A stretch of DNA of 64,000 bases from Candidatus Eiseniibacteriota bacterium (GCA_965224245.1 OZ245046.1:4160001-4224000); one strand, 5' to 3'. Shown: positions 8,617-20,297, counted from the first letter of the stretch. The notes: generated from the letters alone by a model not told the origin. A program made the numbers and translations.

Positions 8617-10278
8617 ATGAAACGTGCCGTTTCGTTGCTGGGAGTTCTCGTCGCGGCGACGTGGATCTACTCGTGTGAGACCGATCAGCCCATCCAGGTC
8701 ACCTCGCCCGACGCCGACGGCCAGCTGACGCTGCCGTCGAACGATGGTGCGGGTGAGGCGCCGCCCGCGACGGTGAAGCTCATTCCGGCCTCGGCGCTCG
8801 CCGATGCAACCGGGGCTCGCACGCTGGATGAGGAAGCGACGCTGATGCCCGCCGAGCTGTACGCCACGCTGGCGGCCGGTGAGTGCATCTCGGAAGACAA
8901 GGTCCTGCACTTGCCCGCCGACGTCGCGCCGCAGAAGGGCGACATCCTCTTCGTCATCGATCTGACGGGGAGCATGGACGAGGAGCTGGCCAACGTGAAG
9001 GTCAACTCCATCAACATCATGAACCAGATCCGCGCGCTGATCCCCGACTCCCAGTTCGGTGTGATCTCGCACATGGATTACAACGGGACGTACGAGGGCT
9101 GCGGGTACGGTCCGATCTCGTACGGAAGCGGACCGGACTATCCGTACTCGCTCGACCAGCCGCTCACCGACGACATCGCCATGGTCGCGGCCGCCATCAA
9201 CGGCCTGATGGAGGGAAGCGGCGACGACGGTCCCGAGGACTACTCGCGTCCGATGTTCGAGATGTACAGCGATCCCCTGATCGGGCTTCGGCCGGGCTCG
9301 AAGCGCATCGCGCTGTTCTGGCAGGACGCGGTGCCGCACGACTGTGACTTCTGGCTCGACTGTGGCGGCTCCGGATCCACCGGACCCGACCCGGGTCGTG
9401 ACGCGATCGTGGGGACGGGGGACGATCTCGACCTGGCCACCGTGATCGCCGGGCTCGATGCCAGCAACATCACGCTGATCGGACTTCACAGCGGTGGCAA
9501 TCTCGCGCTCTGGGACTGCTACGCGATGAAGACCGGTGGCGCGAGCTTCCAGATCAACCCCGACGGAACCGTCCCCGATGGAAGCGACATCGACGAGTTC
9601 GTGGCGAGCCTGATCCAGGAGGAGATCGGGACCATCGACGAGCTCACGCTCGAGGTGTGCACCGACGGCTACGAGGCCTGGCTCGTCTCGGTGGATCCGA
9701 TGTCGTACACGGACCTGATGCTGAACGTGCCCAAGGATCTGCCGTTCACCATCGAGATCTGCGTGCCAGAGGGCACCATGGACGGCGACTACGCGTTCTC
9801 GATCTGCGCGATCGGCGACGGCGTCGAGTTCGCGCGCCAGGACGTCTTCATCGAGGTTCGCAACGAGATCGAGGTGCCGGTCGACGTGAAGCCGACCTCC
9901 TGCCCCAACCCGATCAACGGCGGCGGCGTTCTGCCCGTGGCCATCCTCGGCTGGGAGGAGCTCGACGTGGCGTCGATCGATCCGAGCACGGTCCTGCTGG
10001 AGGGGGTCCCCCCGATTCGCTGGGCGCTCGACGACGTCGCCACGCCGTTCGAGCCGTTCACCGGCAAGACCGACTGCGTCATGGACTGCAACACGCTGGG
10101 TCCCGATGGCTACATGGATCTCACGCTCAAGTTCGACAAGGAGGAGATCCTGGCCGCCCTCGGCTACGGCACGGCCCGGCTCGTGGAGCCGATGTGGGAC
10201 TGCGTCGTGGTCACCCTGACCGGTGAGACGATCGACGGTCAGGTGATCGTCGGCGAGGACGTGGTGCGAATCAGATAA
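8617..10278 (+). CDS. VWA-domain lipoprotein
   Basis: GGAGG RBS before ATG 8617; lipobox-like WIYSC; MIDAS-like DILFVIDLTGSM; C-terminal VDVKPTSCPNPIN...LPVAILG...DGYMDLTLKF domain. Confidence 0.85.
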   Translation: MKRAVSLLGVLVAATWIYSCETDQPIQVTSPDADGQLTLPSNDGAGEAPPATVKLIPASALADATGARTLDEEATLMPAELYATLAAGECISEDKVLHLPADVAPQKGDILFVIDLTGSMDEELANVKVNSINIMNQIRALIPDSQFGVISHMDYNGTYEGCGYGPISYGSGPDYPYSLDQPLTDDIAMVAAAINGLMEGSGDDGPEDYSRPMFEMYSDPLIGLRPGSKRIALFWQDAVPHDCDFWLDCGGSGSTGPDPGRDAIVGTGDDLDLATVIAGLDASNITLIGLHSGGNLALWDCYAMKTGGASFQINPDGTVPDGSDIDEFVASLIQEEIGTIDELTLEVCTDGYEAWLVSVDPMSYTDLMLNVPKDLPFTIEICVPEGTMDGDYAFSICAIGDGVEFARQDVFIEVRNEIEVPVDVKPTSCPNPINGGGVLPVAILGWEELDVASIDPSTVLLEGVPPIRWALDDVATPFEPFTGKTDCVMDCNTLGPDGYMDLTLKFDKEEILAALGYGTARLVEPMWDCVVVTLTGETIDGQVIVGEDVVRIR

Positions 10279-10302
10279 CGTCGCGATCGCACCGAGTTTC
10301 TG

Positions 10303-10331
10303 CGGGCTCGGGGCCCGAGGCTCCGAGCCCG
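10303..10331 (+). terminator. Hairpin after the VWA gene
   Basis: 12-bp stem cgggctcggggc / gctccgagcccg (one G-U pair) with 5-nt loop. Confidence 0.5.
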
Positions 10332-10580
10332 TCACGGCACCCACCCCGGTTCAAACGTGCGCCTCCTCCGGAGCCGCCAGAGCCGGCTCCGCCCGGCGAC
10401 TCTCGCTCTCCGCGCAACTAGCTGCGACGTCGTTTGATATGAGCGCCGTCGAGATCCTCGCGTGCCGGGCGCTCCGGAATTCTTCTCCTCCCATGAGCCG
10501 ATCCGCCGGCGAACGGGGCTACTCCGAGCAGAACGGCTCGTCTCCGCTCCCGGTGCGGGGACTGCCCCAGGAGGTAACCC

Positions 10581-12197
10581 ATGAATCCGGCGCGACACGT
10601 CTCTCCCCGCCGCCCGCTGCTGGCCCTCGGCACCCTGCTGGGAGCCCTGCCCATGATGGGACTGGAGTGTGACCGCCCCACCAGCGGCCCGTTCCCCAGA
10701 CTCGCCTTGCACCTCACTCTGACACCCGCGGAGCCCGGAGTGGAGGAGTCGTTCACTCTGGATCCCTCCGCGACGGAGGCGATCGAGGTGACCGTGCGGA
10801 TCTTCGAGTACCGGATCGATGCGGGCGCCGTGCCGGACCCCGCCAACGAGGTCTTTCGCACCGAGCAGGTGGCCGACTTTCCCACGCAGGAGGCCGTGCC
10901 ACTCACGACGTCGCTCCCCGGCGGGCAGTACACGGCCACGGTCATCGCACACTACCGGGACGAGTTCGGCCGGGACACGAGCAAGGAGGCATCGGTCACG
11001 TTCTGGGTCTCGGACTGCGGGCCGGCGCCCTACGCGGACGCCCCGCCCGGCGAGATCGACGACGAGACGGAGCACTGGTCCTCGGGGCGTCTGCCCGCCG
11101 GCGTCGCGGGTTCGCCCTATGACGCGCACGTTCCCGTCAACGGCGGCGTGGACCCGCTCGTGTTCGAGGTGGCGGACCCCGAGGGGGATCCCTTCCCGGA
11201 CTGGCTCACGCTCTGGCCGGATGGACGACTCACCGCCGACGAGATACCGGCTGGCGCCCGCTCGGATAACGTGACGATCCGGGTCTTCGACGGCTGCTTC
11301 AACGGGGCGCGGTCCGTGGTACTCGAGTACGTTCTCCAGATCGTCGACGCAGAGTGCGGTCCGAACCCGGTGTTTCACGGCTTCGACGTCACGGAGCTGA
11401 ACCAGGGCTACTACTACGCGTTGACGGCCGTGGTGGAGAATGGGCAACCGCCGTTCTCTCTCGTTCTTCCCGACGGAGGGGAGATCCCGTCGGAGCTGAA
11501 CATGGAGATCTACGGTGACGCCACACTCGCGGGGCGTCCACAGACGACGGGAACCTTCGTCTTCGAGATCGGTGTCCTGGATCACTGCTTCCGCCGCGAC
11601 TTCGCATCCGTCACGTTCACCGTCGTCGAGCCCCAATGCGAGAAGCTCCTGGGGAACCGGGAAGACCCGGAGCGGGCCACCGTCGGGGAGCCGTATACGA
11701 CCACGATCTGGACGGGCGGGTTTCCCCCGGTGTCGTACGAGGTGGTCTCGGTCGCGCAGATCCCGCCGGGCCTCGCGCTGGATGCCGCCTCCGGCATCCT
11801 GAGCGGCGTCCCCACCGAGGCCGGCCAGTTCTACCTGGTCCTCGAGGTCGAAGACAGCTGCCCCGACGGCGTGCAGAGCATCCTGGAGATCGCCAACGTA
11901 TGGGTGGATCCAGCGCCCGGCGACTGCTCGCCGCTGTCGGTGATCACCCAGAAGCTTCCCGGCGGACTGCAGGGCGAAGCCTACGAGGCGAGCATCGAGA
12001 CCGAGGGCGGAGAGCCGCCGTTGCACTTCCAGGAGCTTGGGACGCTTCCGCCGGGGTTGACCCTGGACTACGACACGGGAGTGATCTCGGGAACCCCCAC
12101 GACCCCGGGGCTCTGGACGTTCGATCTCCTGGTCTACGATTCCTGTCAGCCCGAGGTGCAGCAGGTCACGACGACCTACGGCATCGGTGTGGAGTGA
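10581..12197 (+). CDS. Putative-Ig (He_PIG) repeat surface protein, probable lipoprotein
   Basis: AGGAGG RBS; signal ending MGLEC; four repeats with GGxPP, LPPGLTL and GxxSGTPTxxG motifs. Confidence 0.82.
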   Translation: MNPARHVSPRRPLLALGTLLGALPMMGLECDRPTSGPFPRLALHLTLTPAEPGVEESFTLDPSATEAIEVTVRIFEYRIDAGAVPDPANEVFRTEQVADFPTQEAVPLTTSLPGGQYTATVIAHYRDEFGRDTSKEASVTFWVSDCGPAPYADAPPGEIDDETEHWSSGRLPAGVAGSPYDAHVPVNGGVDPLVFEVADPEGDPFPDWLTLWPDGRLTADEIPAGARSDNVTIRVFDGCFNGARSVVLEYVLQIVDAECGPNPVFHGFDVTELNQGYYYALTAVVENGQPPFSLVLPDGGEIPSELNMEIYGDATLAGRPQTTGTFVFEIGVLDHCFRRDFASVTFTVVEPQCEKLLGNREDPERATVGEPYTTTIWTGGFPPVSYEVVSVAQIPPGLALDAASGILSGVPTEAGQFYLVLEVEDSCPDGVQSILEIANVWVDPAPGDCSPLSVITQKLPGGLQGEAYEASIETEGGEPPLHFQELGTLPPGLTLDYDTGVISGTPTTPGLWTFDLLVYDSCQPEVQQVTTTYGIGVE

Positions 12198-12362
12198 CCG
12201 CCGTGTGGGAGGCGGGCGCCCTGGAGAGGCCCTGGCGGTTGCCCGGGCGCGCACGCCGCCCGTACCATGTTCGGGATCCATACGAGCACGATTCTGGATG
12301 GCCTCGCCGGAGGGCGTGCGCCGGGCATCCAGCGATCCCGTCGTCACCGGGACTAGAGCCCC

Positions 12363-12923
12363 ATGGACACCAGGGAGCCAGTCACCCAGCTACTGCACGC
12401 CCTCTCGGACGGGGACCGGGAGGCGCTCGTCGAGCTCCTGCCGATGATCTACGACGAGCTCCGCGCCATCGCGCGTCGGCAGATGCGCGGCGAGCGCTCC
12501 GACCACACGCTGAACACGACCGCGCTCGTGCACGAGGCATATCTCAGGCTGGAGCGGCTCGATCGGATCGAGTGGCGGAACCGGGTCCATTTCCTGGCCG
12601 TGGCCGCTCAGTGCATGCGCAACATCCTGGTGAGCTACGCGGTGCGACGGCGGCGCCTCAAGCGGGGTGGCGGGGCGCGCCCGTTGCCACTGGACGAGTC
12701 GATGTGGGTGCCCGACGAACGCCTCGATCAGGTGCTCTCGCTGGACGAGGCGCTACGAGCCTTGCAGAAGCTGAATCCCCGCCACGTGCACATCGTGGAG
12801 TGTCGTTTCTTCGGCGGGCTGACCATCGAGGAGACCGCCACCGTGCTGGACGTATCGCCCGCGACGATCAAGCGTGACTGGCAGCTGCTCCGTGCCTGGT
12901 TGGCGCGCGAGCTGGGGGTGTGA
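12363..12923 (+). CDS. ECF sigma factor of the TIGR02999 (kinase-associated) type
   Basis: VTQLL...YDELRAIARR...HTLNTTALVHEAYLRL...RFFGGLTIEETA...TIKRDW. Confidence 0.93.
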   Translation: MDTREPVTQLLHALSDGDREALVELLPMIYDELRAIARRQMRGERSDHTLNTTALVHEAYLRLERLDRIEWRNRVHFLAVAAQCMRNILVSYAVRRRRLKRGGGARPLPLDESMWVPDERLDQVLSLDEALRALQKLNPRHVHIVECRFFGGLTIEETATVLDVSPATIKRDWQLLRAWLARELGV

Positions 12924-15446
12924 ATGGACTCCCGACTCTGGCGCCGCGTGAGCGACATCTTCATCGCGGCAGTCGACCTCGAGGCGCCCGATCGAAGCGC
13001 GTACCTGGATGCCGCCTGCGGCAACGACGACGAGCTGCGCGACGAGGTGGATTCCCTGCTGGGCGCATCCGGATCCGGTGAACGCGTCGAGCAGCTCGTG
13101 GGCACGTGGCTCACCTCGTCCGGCGTGGGTCCGTCACCGCGATCCCCGGTTGGACAACGCGTGGGACCTTACGTCGTCCGGGAAGAGCTGGGCGGTGGCG
13201 GCATGGCCGACGTGTTCCTGGCGGAACGCGAGGACGGTCAGTTCGCGCGCCGCGTCGCGCTCAAGATCCTCCGGTACGGACGGCGAAGCGGCGAGCTCGA
13301 GCGTCGCTTTCTCCACGAGCGCCAGATCCTGGCCCGGCTGGTGCACCACGGCATCGCACGCCTCTACGATGGGGGCTTCACGGACGCGGGACTGCCGTAC
13401 ATCGTCATGGAGTACGTGGACGGACAGCCGCTGGACCGCTACTGCGACGAACGGCGCCTCACGGTGTCGAGTCGACTCGTGCTCTTCGAGGAGGTATGCA
13501 CGGCCGTCCGCCACGCCCACCGGAACCTGGTCGTTCACCGCGATCTCAAGCCGTCGAACATTCTGGTCACCGCAGCCGGCGAGGTGAAGCTCCTGGACTT
13601 CGGGATCGCCAAGCTGCTCGCCGACGAGGAGGACCGCGGCCTCACCCACACGAACCAGCAGATCATGACGCCGGACTACGCGAGTCCGGAGCAGGTGGTC
13701 GGCGGCTCGGTGACCACGGCCACGGACGTCTACGCTCTCGGGGTCATCCTGTACGAGCTGCTCGCGGGTAGGCGACCGTACACGACGCGTGAGCTGACGC
13801 CGACGGTGATCGAGCGCGTGATCTGCACAGAGGTCCCCAGGCCGCCGAGCCGCATGCTGAACGACCTCGACGAGGAATCGGCGGCGACCGTCTGCCACGA
13901 CCGCGGCACGACGAGGCGGGCGCTGCGTCGTATCCTGTCGGCCGATCTGGACACCATCGTGCTTCAAGCCCTGCACAAGGACCCCGAGCGCCGATATGCC
14001 TCGGCCGCAGAGCTGCGCGAGGATCTCCGGCGATGCCGGCAAGGGCGACCGGTGCAGGCACGTCCGGACACCTTCGGCTATCGCTCGGCGAAGTTCCTTC
14101 GGCGAAACCGCCTCGGCGTGGCCGCGGCGGCGGCCGTCCTGCTCTCGCTCGTCTCCGGAGTGGTGGCGACCTCCTGGCAGGCGAGCCGGGCACGCGCGCA
14201 GTCGCGGATCGCGGCGGAGCAGCGAGATCGGGCGCGCGCCGCGGCGCAGCAGTCGGAGCACGTGACCGCCTTCCTGATCGATCTCTTCGAGGGTAGCGAT
14301 CCGAACTCGCGAACCGGTGCCCTGACCGCTCGCCAGATTCTGGATCGCGGCATCGAGCGTGTGGAGCGGGATCTCTCGGACGAGCCCGCGATTCAGGGTG
14401 AGCTGATGCTCATCATGGCCCAGGTCTCGTTGAATCTGGGCGAGTACGATCGCGCGGAGGAGCTCCTGGACGGCGCGCTGGCACGAGCGCGAGCCGCCCA
14501 CGGCGAGCGGAGCGAGCCCGTGGCCGAGGCGCTCAACGAGGTGGCACGTCTCGCGCAAGCACGCGAGCAGGTTGCCCGGAGTGACTCGCTGCTGCGTATC
14601 GTCCTGGATCGGCGCCGGGCGCTGCACGGACCCGACGACCCACTCGTCGCCGAGACGGCGCACAACCTGGGAGTCTCCTTGATGGCGGCGGGCCGTTTCG
14701 ACAGCGCGGAGGTCTACCTGGAACGCGCCCTGACCATTCGTCGTGGCTCGCCGGACGTCCCGCTCTCCACGCTGGGCGTCAACGTCTCCAACCTGGCCGT
14801 CGCGGCAAGCCGTCTGGGTGACCGCGCGCGGGCCGAGAAGCTGCACCTCGAGGCGCTCGAAATGCAGCGCGAGGATCTCGGATCGGTGCATCCGGAGGTG
14901 GCCACGACGCTGAACAACGTCGCGCTTCTCCGGTACCGGCGAGGCGATCTCGCCGGTGCCGCCCAGTACATGGACGAGGCGCTCGCGGTGTGGCGCGCGA
15001 CGCTGCCCGAGGATCACCCGCAGATCGCTCGCGGCCTGAACAACCTCGCGGCGATTCACGAGAAGCGAGGCGACCTGGCCGGCGCGGAGCCGCTTTATCG
15101 TGAGGCTCTCCGCCGGAAGCGCCTGCAGCTCGGCCCGGATCATCCGACCGTGGCGCGCAGCCTCAACAACCTCGGGCTGCTCCTTCAGAGACGTGGACAG
15201 CTGGACGAGGCCGAGGGACTGCTACGCGAATCGCTCCGGGTGCGCCGGCAGGCCTTCGGTGAACGGCACGCGGACGTGGCCCGGGCGCAGCACAACCTGG
15301 CAGCTCTGCTCGTCGAGCTGGGGGATCGCCCCGCCGCCGACACGCTGTTCCGGGCGGCCCTGGCCACACGTCGCGAGCTACTGGGCGTCGACGACGACCA
15401 GACGCGCGAGACCGCGGCGGCGCTGGCGAGCATCGGGGCCGAGTGA
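12924..15446 (+). CDS. Hanks-type Ser/Thr protein kinase with TM helix and extracytoplasmic TPR repeats
   Basis: GGGGMA, VALK, HRDLKPSN, DFG, TPDYASPE, DVYALG; TM segment; repeated HPxVAxxLNNL TPRs; abuts the ECF gene. Confidence 0.95.
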   Translation: MDSRLWRRVSDIFIAAVDLEAPDRSAYLDAACGNDDELRDEVDSLLGASGSGERVEQLVGTWLTSSGVGPSPRSPVGQRVGPYVVREELGGGGMADVFLAEREDGQFARRVALKILRYGRRSGELERRFLHERQILARLVHHGIARLYDGGFTDAGLPYIVMEYVDGQPLDRYCDERRLTVSSRLVLFEEVCTAVRHAHRNLVVHRDLKPSNILVTAAGEVKLLDFGIAKLLADEEDRGLTHTNQQIMTPDYASPEQVVGGSVTTATDVYALGVILYELLAGRRPYTTRELTPTVIERVICTEVPRPPSRMLNDLDEESAATVCHDRGTTRRALRRILSADLDTIVLQALHKDPERRYASAAELREDLRRCRQGRPVQARPDTFGYRSAKFLRRNRLGVAAAAAVLLSLVSGVVATSWQASRARAQSRIAAEQRDRARAAAQQSEHVTAFLIDLFEGSDPNSRTGALTARQILDRGIERVERDLSDEPAIQGELMLIMAQVSLNLGEYDRAEELLDGALARARAAHGERSEPVAEALNEVARLAQAREQVARSDSLLRIVLDRRRALHGPDDPLVAETAHNLGVSLMAAGRFDSAEVYLERALTIRRGSPDVPLSTLGVNVSNLAVAASRLGDRARAEKLHLEALEMQREDLGSVHPEVATTLNNVALLRYRRGDLAGAAQYMDEALAVWRATLPEDHPQIARGLNNLAAIHEKRGDLAGAEPLYREALRRKRLQLGPDHPTVARSLNNLGLLLQRRGQLDEAEGLLRESLRVRRQAFGERHADVARAQHNLAALLVELGDRPAADTLFRAALATRRELLGVDDDQTRETAAALASIGAE

Positions 15447-15665
15447 CGGATCTCCGCGTCGCGTGCCCGCGCCACCGGGCCTGCCCCGACGGAACGCCGG
15501 GTGGTTTCGATCCGGCGGACCCCACCCGCCCGCACGTCCGGGGCCGCATCGCGCGCCAGTGGGTGACACCACCGGGCCGACTTCTCTTGATCGATCGGGC
15601 CGACGAGAGTACCCTCCGTCCAATTTGCGTCAGACCTACGGTTTGGTTCGAGAGGAGGATTTCGG

Positions 15666-16841
15666 GTGCCTGCCATCCTCGCCCTCGAGAGCGGGGCGAC
15701 GTTCGTCGGCCGTTTCTTCGGGACCCCGCAGTCGGCGGGTGGTGAGGTCGTTTTCCACACGGGCATGACGGGCTACCAGGAGATCCTCACCGACCCCAGC
15801 TACGCGGGTCAGATCGTCGTCTTCACCGCGCCCCACATCGGCAACTACGGGATTCACCAGGGCGACGACGAGTCGGCCCGGATCCACCCGGCCGGCGTCG
15901 TCGTGCGCGATCACTGCCGCCGTACGTTCCACCGCCGGGCCGATCGGTCGCTCGCCGACGTCCTGCGCCGAGCCGGCGTCCCCGGCATCTGCGACGTCGA
16001 CACACGCGCCATCACCGCCGGGATACGGGACGCGGGGACATGCCGAGGCGTCATCGGCGAAGGCGACCCCGACGCGCTCGTGGCCCGAGCCCGCGCGCTC
16101 CCCCGGATCGGCGAGACCGACTGGGTCGCGACGGTGACCACGGCGGCGCCGTACGCGCTCGAGCCGACGAAGCGGAACGGTGACGACCACCCCTTCGAGG
16201 TCGCCGTGCTCGATTTCGGGACGAAGCGATCCATCCTGACCCGGCTCACCGAGGAGGGGTGCCGCGTGCGGGTGTTTCCAGCGTCCACCGATCCGAGCAT
16301 CGTGCTGGCGCCGCCGACCGAGGGCGTGTTCCTCAGCAACGGCCCCGGCGACCCGGCCTCCCTCGAGCATCTGGTGGCGTCGGTGCGCGAGCTCCTGGAG
16401 CACGACCTGCCGACGTTCGGCATCTGCCTGGGCCACCAGCTCATCGCGCGTGCGCTGGGGGCGGGTACGGCCAAGCTCCCGTTCGGACACCACGGGGCCA
16501 ACCACCCGGTGCGGAACCTGGCCACGGGCCGCGTCGAGATCACGAGCCAGAATCACAACTACGCGGTTCCCGCGGGCTCGCTGAGCCCGTCCGTCGCCCG
16601 CATCACGCACCTGAGCCTGAACGACGACACCGTCGAGGGGATGGAGGTCGTCGGCCGCGACATCTATTCGGTGCAGTACCACCCCGAGGCGGCGCCGGGC
16701 CCGCGCGACAGCCACTATCTCTTCCGCCGCTTCCGCGAGGACATGATGCTCCGTCGCACGCGAAGGGGCCGCACGGACGCGCGCCGCGCGCTCCCGACGA
16801 GCCCATCGATCGAGAACGCGACGCGCGGACGGGAGGCGTAG
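15666..16841 (+). CDS. carA: Carbamoyl-phosphate synthase small subunit
   Basis: [41 protein letters not shown]. Confidence 0.97.
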   Translation: MPAILALESGATFVGRFFGTPQSAGGEVVFHTGMTGYQEILTDPSYAGQIVVFTAPHIGNYGIHQGDDESARIHPAGVVVRDHCRRTFHRRADRSLADVLRRAGVPGICDVDTRAITAGIRDAGTCRGVIGEGDPDALVARARALPRIGETDWVATVTTAAPYALEPTKRNGDDHPFEVAVLDFGTKRSILTRLTEEGCRVRVFPASTDPSIVLAPPTEGVFLSNGPGDPASLEHLVASVRELLEHDLPTFGICLGHQLIARALGAGTAKLPFGHHGANHPVRNLATGRVEITSQNHNYAVPAGSLSPSVARITHLSLNDDTVEGMEVVGRDIYSVQYHPEAAPGPRDSHYLFRRFREDMMLRRTRRGRTDARRALPTSPSIENATRGREA

Positions 16842-16843
16842 CA

Positions 16844-19800
16844 ATGCCGGCGCGTCGAGACCTGTCGAGCATCCTCGTCCTGGGATCGGGCCCGATCGTC
16901 ATCGGGCAGGCGTGCGAGTTCGACTACTCGGGCACGCAGGCGGTCAAGGCCCTCCGGAAGGAGGGCTATCGCGTCATCCTCGTCAATAGCAACCCGGCCA
17001 CCATCATGACCGACCCGGAGCTGGCCGACGCGACGTACATCGAGCCCCTGACGCCCGAGATGGTCGAGGCCGTGATCGCGCGCGAGCGACCCGACGCGAT
17101 CCTGCCCACCGTGGGCGGCCAGACGGCGCTGAACCTGGCGGTGGCGCTCGACGAGCGCGGCACCCTCGATCGGTACGGGGTCGAGCTGATCGGCGCCGGC
17201 GTGGAGAGCGTGCGGATCGCCGAGGACCGCGACCGCTTCAAGGCGGCGATGGCGGAGATCGGGCTCCGCACGCCCACGAGCCGCATCGTCCGCTCGCTGG
17301 ACGACGCGCGCGAGGTGCTGGACGTGCTCGGGTTCCCGCTGATCCTCCGGGCCAGCTTCACGCTGGGGGGATCGGGGTCCGGCATCGCCTACGGGCTCGA
17401 TGAGTATCTGTCCCTGGTCCAGACCGGGCTCGCGCTCTCGCCGGTGCGGAGCGTCCTCGTTGAGGAGAGCGTCCTCGGCTGGAAGGAGTACGAGCTCGAG
17501 GTCATCCGGGACCGCGTGGGCAACGGCATCATCGTCTGCTCGATCGAGAACTTCGACGCGATGGGGGTCCACACCGGCGACTCGATCACGGTCGCGCCGG
17601 CCCAGACGCTGACCGATCGCGAGTACCAGCACCTGCGCGACGATGCGCTGGCAGTGCTGAACGCGGTCGGCGTCGCCACCGGCGGCGCGAACGTCCAGTT
17701 CGCCGTGAACCCCGACACCAGCGATCGCATCGTGATCGAGATGAACCCGCGCGTCAGCCGCTCCTCGGCGCTGGCCAGCAAGGCCACCGGGTATCCCATC
17801 GCGAAGATCGCGAGCCTCCTGGCGGTGGGGTACACGCTGGACGAGCTCCCGAACGAGATCACCGGGACGTCGTCGGCCTGCTTCGAGCCGTCGATCGACT
17901 ACACGGTCGTGAAGGTGCCGCGCTGGTCGTTCGAGAAGTTCCCCGGCACGCGCGACACGCTCGGTACGACGATGCAGTCGGTCGGCGAGGTCATGGCCAT
18001 GGGACGCACGTTTCGCGAGGCGCTCCAGAAGGCGCTCCGCGGTCTCGAGCTGGGACTCGACGGCTGGCACTCGGGGACGGGCGCACACCGGCGTGACGCC
18101 GACGCGCTGCGCGCCGCACTGGCGCGTCCCAGCCCCGAGCGGCTCGCGGATCTGCACGAGGCGCTGCGCCGCGGGTTCCGGCCCGAGGAGCTCACCGAGC
18201 TGACCGGCATCGACGCCTGGTTCCTCGACAACCTCGCCTATCTCGTGGAGGTCGAGGGCCAGCTCCGGAGCTTCACGCTCGAGGAGCTCCCGACCGAGAC
18301 GCTGCGCCTGGCCAAGCGCGAGGGCTTCTCGGATCGGCACGTCGCCGCGCTCCTGCGCGCGAACGGCTCGGTGCCCCGGGCGGAGTCCGTCCGCGAGCGA
18401 CGCGAGCGCGACGGGCTCAGGCCGGTGTTTCGCCGCGTGGACACCTGCGCGGCCGAGTTCGCCAGCGAGACGCCGTATCTGTACTCGACGTGGGAGGACG
18501 GTCCCTGCGAGGCCGAACCCACGTCGCGCCGCAAGGTCATCGTCCTCGGGAGCGGCCCCAACCGCATCGGACAGGGCATCGAGTTCGACACGTGCTGCTG
18601 CCACGCCGTCAGGGCACTCCGCGCCGAGGGCATCGAGGCGACGCTGGTGAACTGCAACCCCGAGACGGTCAGCACCGACTACGACATCTCCGATCGACTG
18701 TACTTCGAGCCCCTCCGCTTCGAAGAGGTGCTTCACATCGTCGAGCGGGAGCGACCCGACGGCGTCATCGTCACGTTCGGCGGACAGACACCGCTGAAGC
18801 TGGCGACGGCGCTGGACGGGGCGGGCGTGCCGCTCCTGGGCACGCCGGTGGACGCGATCGACCGCGCCGAGGATCGCGATCGCTTCGCGGCCGTGGCGGA
18901 CGAGCTCGGCATCGCGAGCCCGGCCTACGGCACCGCGCGCACGCTGGAGCAGGCCGTCGCGGTGGCCGGCGCCATCGGGTACCCGGTGATGGTCCGACCC
19001 AGCTACGTCCTCGGCGGACGCGCGATGCGGATCGTGTACGACCGCGAAGGTCTCACCGAGTACTTCGAGACCGCCGCTCGGGTGTCGCCCGAACATCCGG
19101 TGCTGATCGATCGGTTCCTGGAGGACGCGGTCGAGTTCGACGTGGACGCGGTCTCCGACGGCCGCCGGGTGGTCATCGGCGGCATCCTCCAGCACATCGA
19201 GGAGGCCGGCATCCACTCCGGCGACAGCTTCGCGGTGCTCCCCGCCTACAAGGTCACGCCCGAGGAGCTCGACGTGATGCGAGACGCGACCCGGCGCATC
19301 GCGCTGGCGCTGGGTGTGGTGGGTCTGGTGAACATCCAGTTCGCCAGCCTCGACGGCGTCGTCTACGTGCTCGAGGTGAACCCCCGCGCGTCGCGTACGG
19401 TGCCGTTCATCGAGAAGGCCACCGGCCGGGCGCTGGTGGAGATCGCCACGCGCTGCATGCTCGGCATCGACCTCGACGCCCAGGGTGTCGAGGACCGGAG
19501 CGCCGTCACGCTCCCCCGCGTGTTCGTCAAGGGACCGGTGTTCCCGTTCCGGCGCTTCCCGGACACCGACTCGCTCCTCGGGCCCGAAATGAAGAGCACC
19601 GGCGAGGTCATGGGCGTCGGCCGTACGTTCGGCGAGGCGTTCGCGAAGGCGCAGCTCGCGACCGGATGTCCACTCCCACTCGCGGGCACCGTGTTCGTCA
19701 GCGTCAACGATCGCGACAAGGAGAGCGCGCTGCCGGTGGCCCGCGACCTGACCGGGCTCGGGTTCGCGCTCCTGGCGACGCGGGGCACCGCGATCTTCCT

Positions 19801-20074
19801 CAACGCACACGGTGTCAAGGCAGAGCCGATCCCGAAGGTCGGCGAGGGTTCTCCGGACATCGCCGATCGAATCCGGGTCGGTGCGGTCCAGCTCGTCATC
19901 AATACCCCGCTCGGCAAGAAGAGCCACTTCGACGAGGCGGCGATCCGGCGGGCCGCGACCGAGGCGAACATCCCCTGCATCACGACGCTGTCGGGGGCCC
20001 GGGCCGCGGTGGACGGCATCGCGGCGCTGCAGGCCGGGGTGTCCGAGGTGGACTCGCTGCAGGCGCTCGTCTGA
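16844..20074 (+). CDS. carB: Carbamoyl-phosphate synthase large subunit
   Basis: Starts MPARRDL after [22 protein letters not shown]; two ATP-grasp halves; C-terminal MGS-like domain. Confidence 0.97.
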   Translation: MPARRDLSSILVLGSGPIVIGQACEFDYSGTQAVKALRKEGYRVILVNSNPATIMTDPELADATYIEPLTPEMVEAVIARERPDAILPTVGGQTALNLAVALDERGTLDRYGVELIGAGVESVRIAEDRDRFKAAMAEIGLRTPTSRIVRSLDDAREVLDVLGFPLILRASFTLGGSGSGIAYGLDEYLSLVQTGLALSPVRSVLVEESVLGWKEYELEVIRDRVGNGIIVCSIENFDAMGVHTGDSITVAPAQTLTDREYQHLRDDALAVLNAVGVATGGANVQFAVNPDTSDRIVIEMNPRVSRSSALASKATGYPIAKIASLLAVGYTLDELPNEITGTSSACFEPSIDYTVVKVPRWSFEKFPGTRDTLGTTMQSVGEVMAMGRTFREALQKALRGLELGLDGWHSGTGAHRRDADALRAALARPSPERLADLHEALRRGFRPEELTELTGIDAWFLDNLAYLVEVEGQLRSFTLEELPTETLRLAKREGFSDRHVAALLRANGSVPRAESVRERRERDGLRPVFRRVDTCAAEFASETPYLYSTWEDGPCEAEPTSRRKVIVLGSGPNRIGQGIEFDTCCCHAVRALRAEGIEATLVNCNPETVSTDYDISDRLYFEPLRFEEVLHIVERERPDGVIVTFGGQTPLKLATALDGAGVPLLGTPVDAIDRAEDRDRFAAVADELGIASPAYGTARTLEQAVAVAGAIGYPVMVRPSYVLGGRAMRIVYDREGLTEYFETAARVSPEHPVLIDRFLEDAVEFDVDAVSDGRRVVIGGILQHIEEAGIHSGDSFAVLPAYKVTPEELDVMRDATRRIALALGVVGLVNIQFASLDGVVYVLEVNPRASRTVPFIEKATGRALVEIATRCMLGIDLDAQGVEDRSAVTLPRVFVKGPVFPFRRFPDTDSLLGPEMKSTGEVMGVGRTFGEAFAKAQLATGCPLPLAGTVFVSVNDRDKESALPVARDLTGLGFALLATRGTAIFLNAHGVKAEPIPKVGEGSPDIADRIRVGAVQLVINTPLGKKSHFDEAAIRRAATEANIPCITTLSGARAAVDGIAALQAGVSEVDSLQALV

Positions 20075-20297
20075 GGGCCGATCGACGCGTCGCCCCTGAC
20101 CGCTGGCGGCCACGGCCCCGGGGTGCGGACGGCTGTACGCAACCACGTCCGGGCGGGCCCGTAAGTCATTTCGTGGAAATGGTCTACGGTAGGATCAGGT
20201 TCCGGTATCGGGAACGTTGTATATAAACGATGCGCGATGATAAGATCTTGTCGTTGCTATACACGAATGGACGGACACCCCCGAAGGAGTAGCACCG

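Noticed and set aside
16259-16843. 195-aa N-terminal extension of CarB in the ORF track
   Set aside because: Overlaps carA in another frame; the canonical MPxRxD start with RBS is at 16844
16715-20146. 1143-aa antisense ORF, and similar long shadow ORFs (37468-40311, 46014-48575, 50924-53368, 13134-15143)
   Set aside because: They lie opposite well-supported genes; stop-poor antisense frames are expected at high GC; no recognisable motifs
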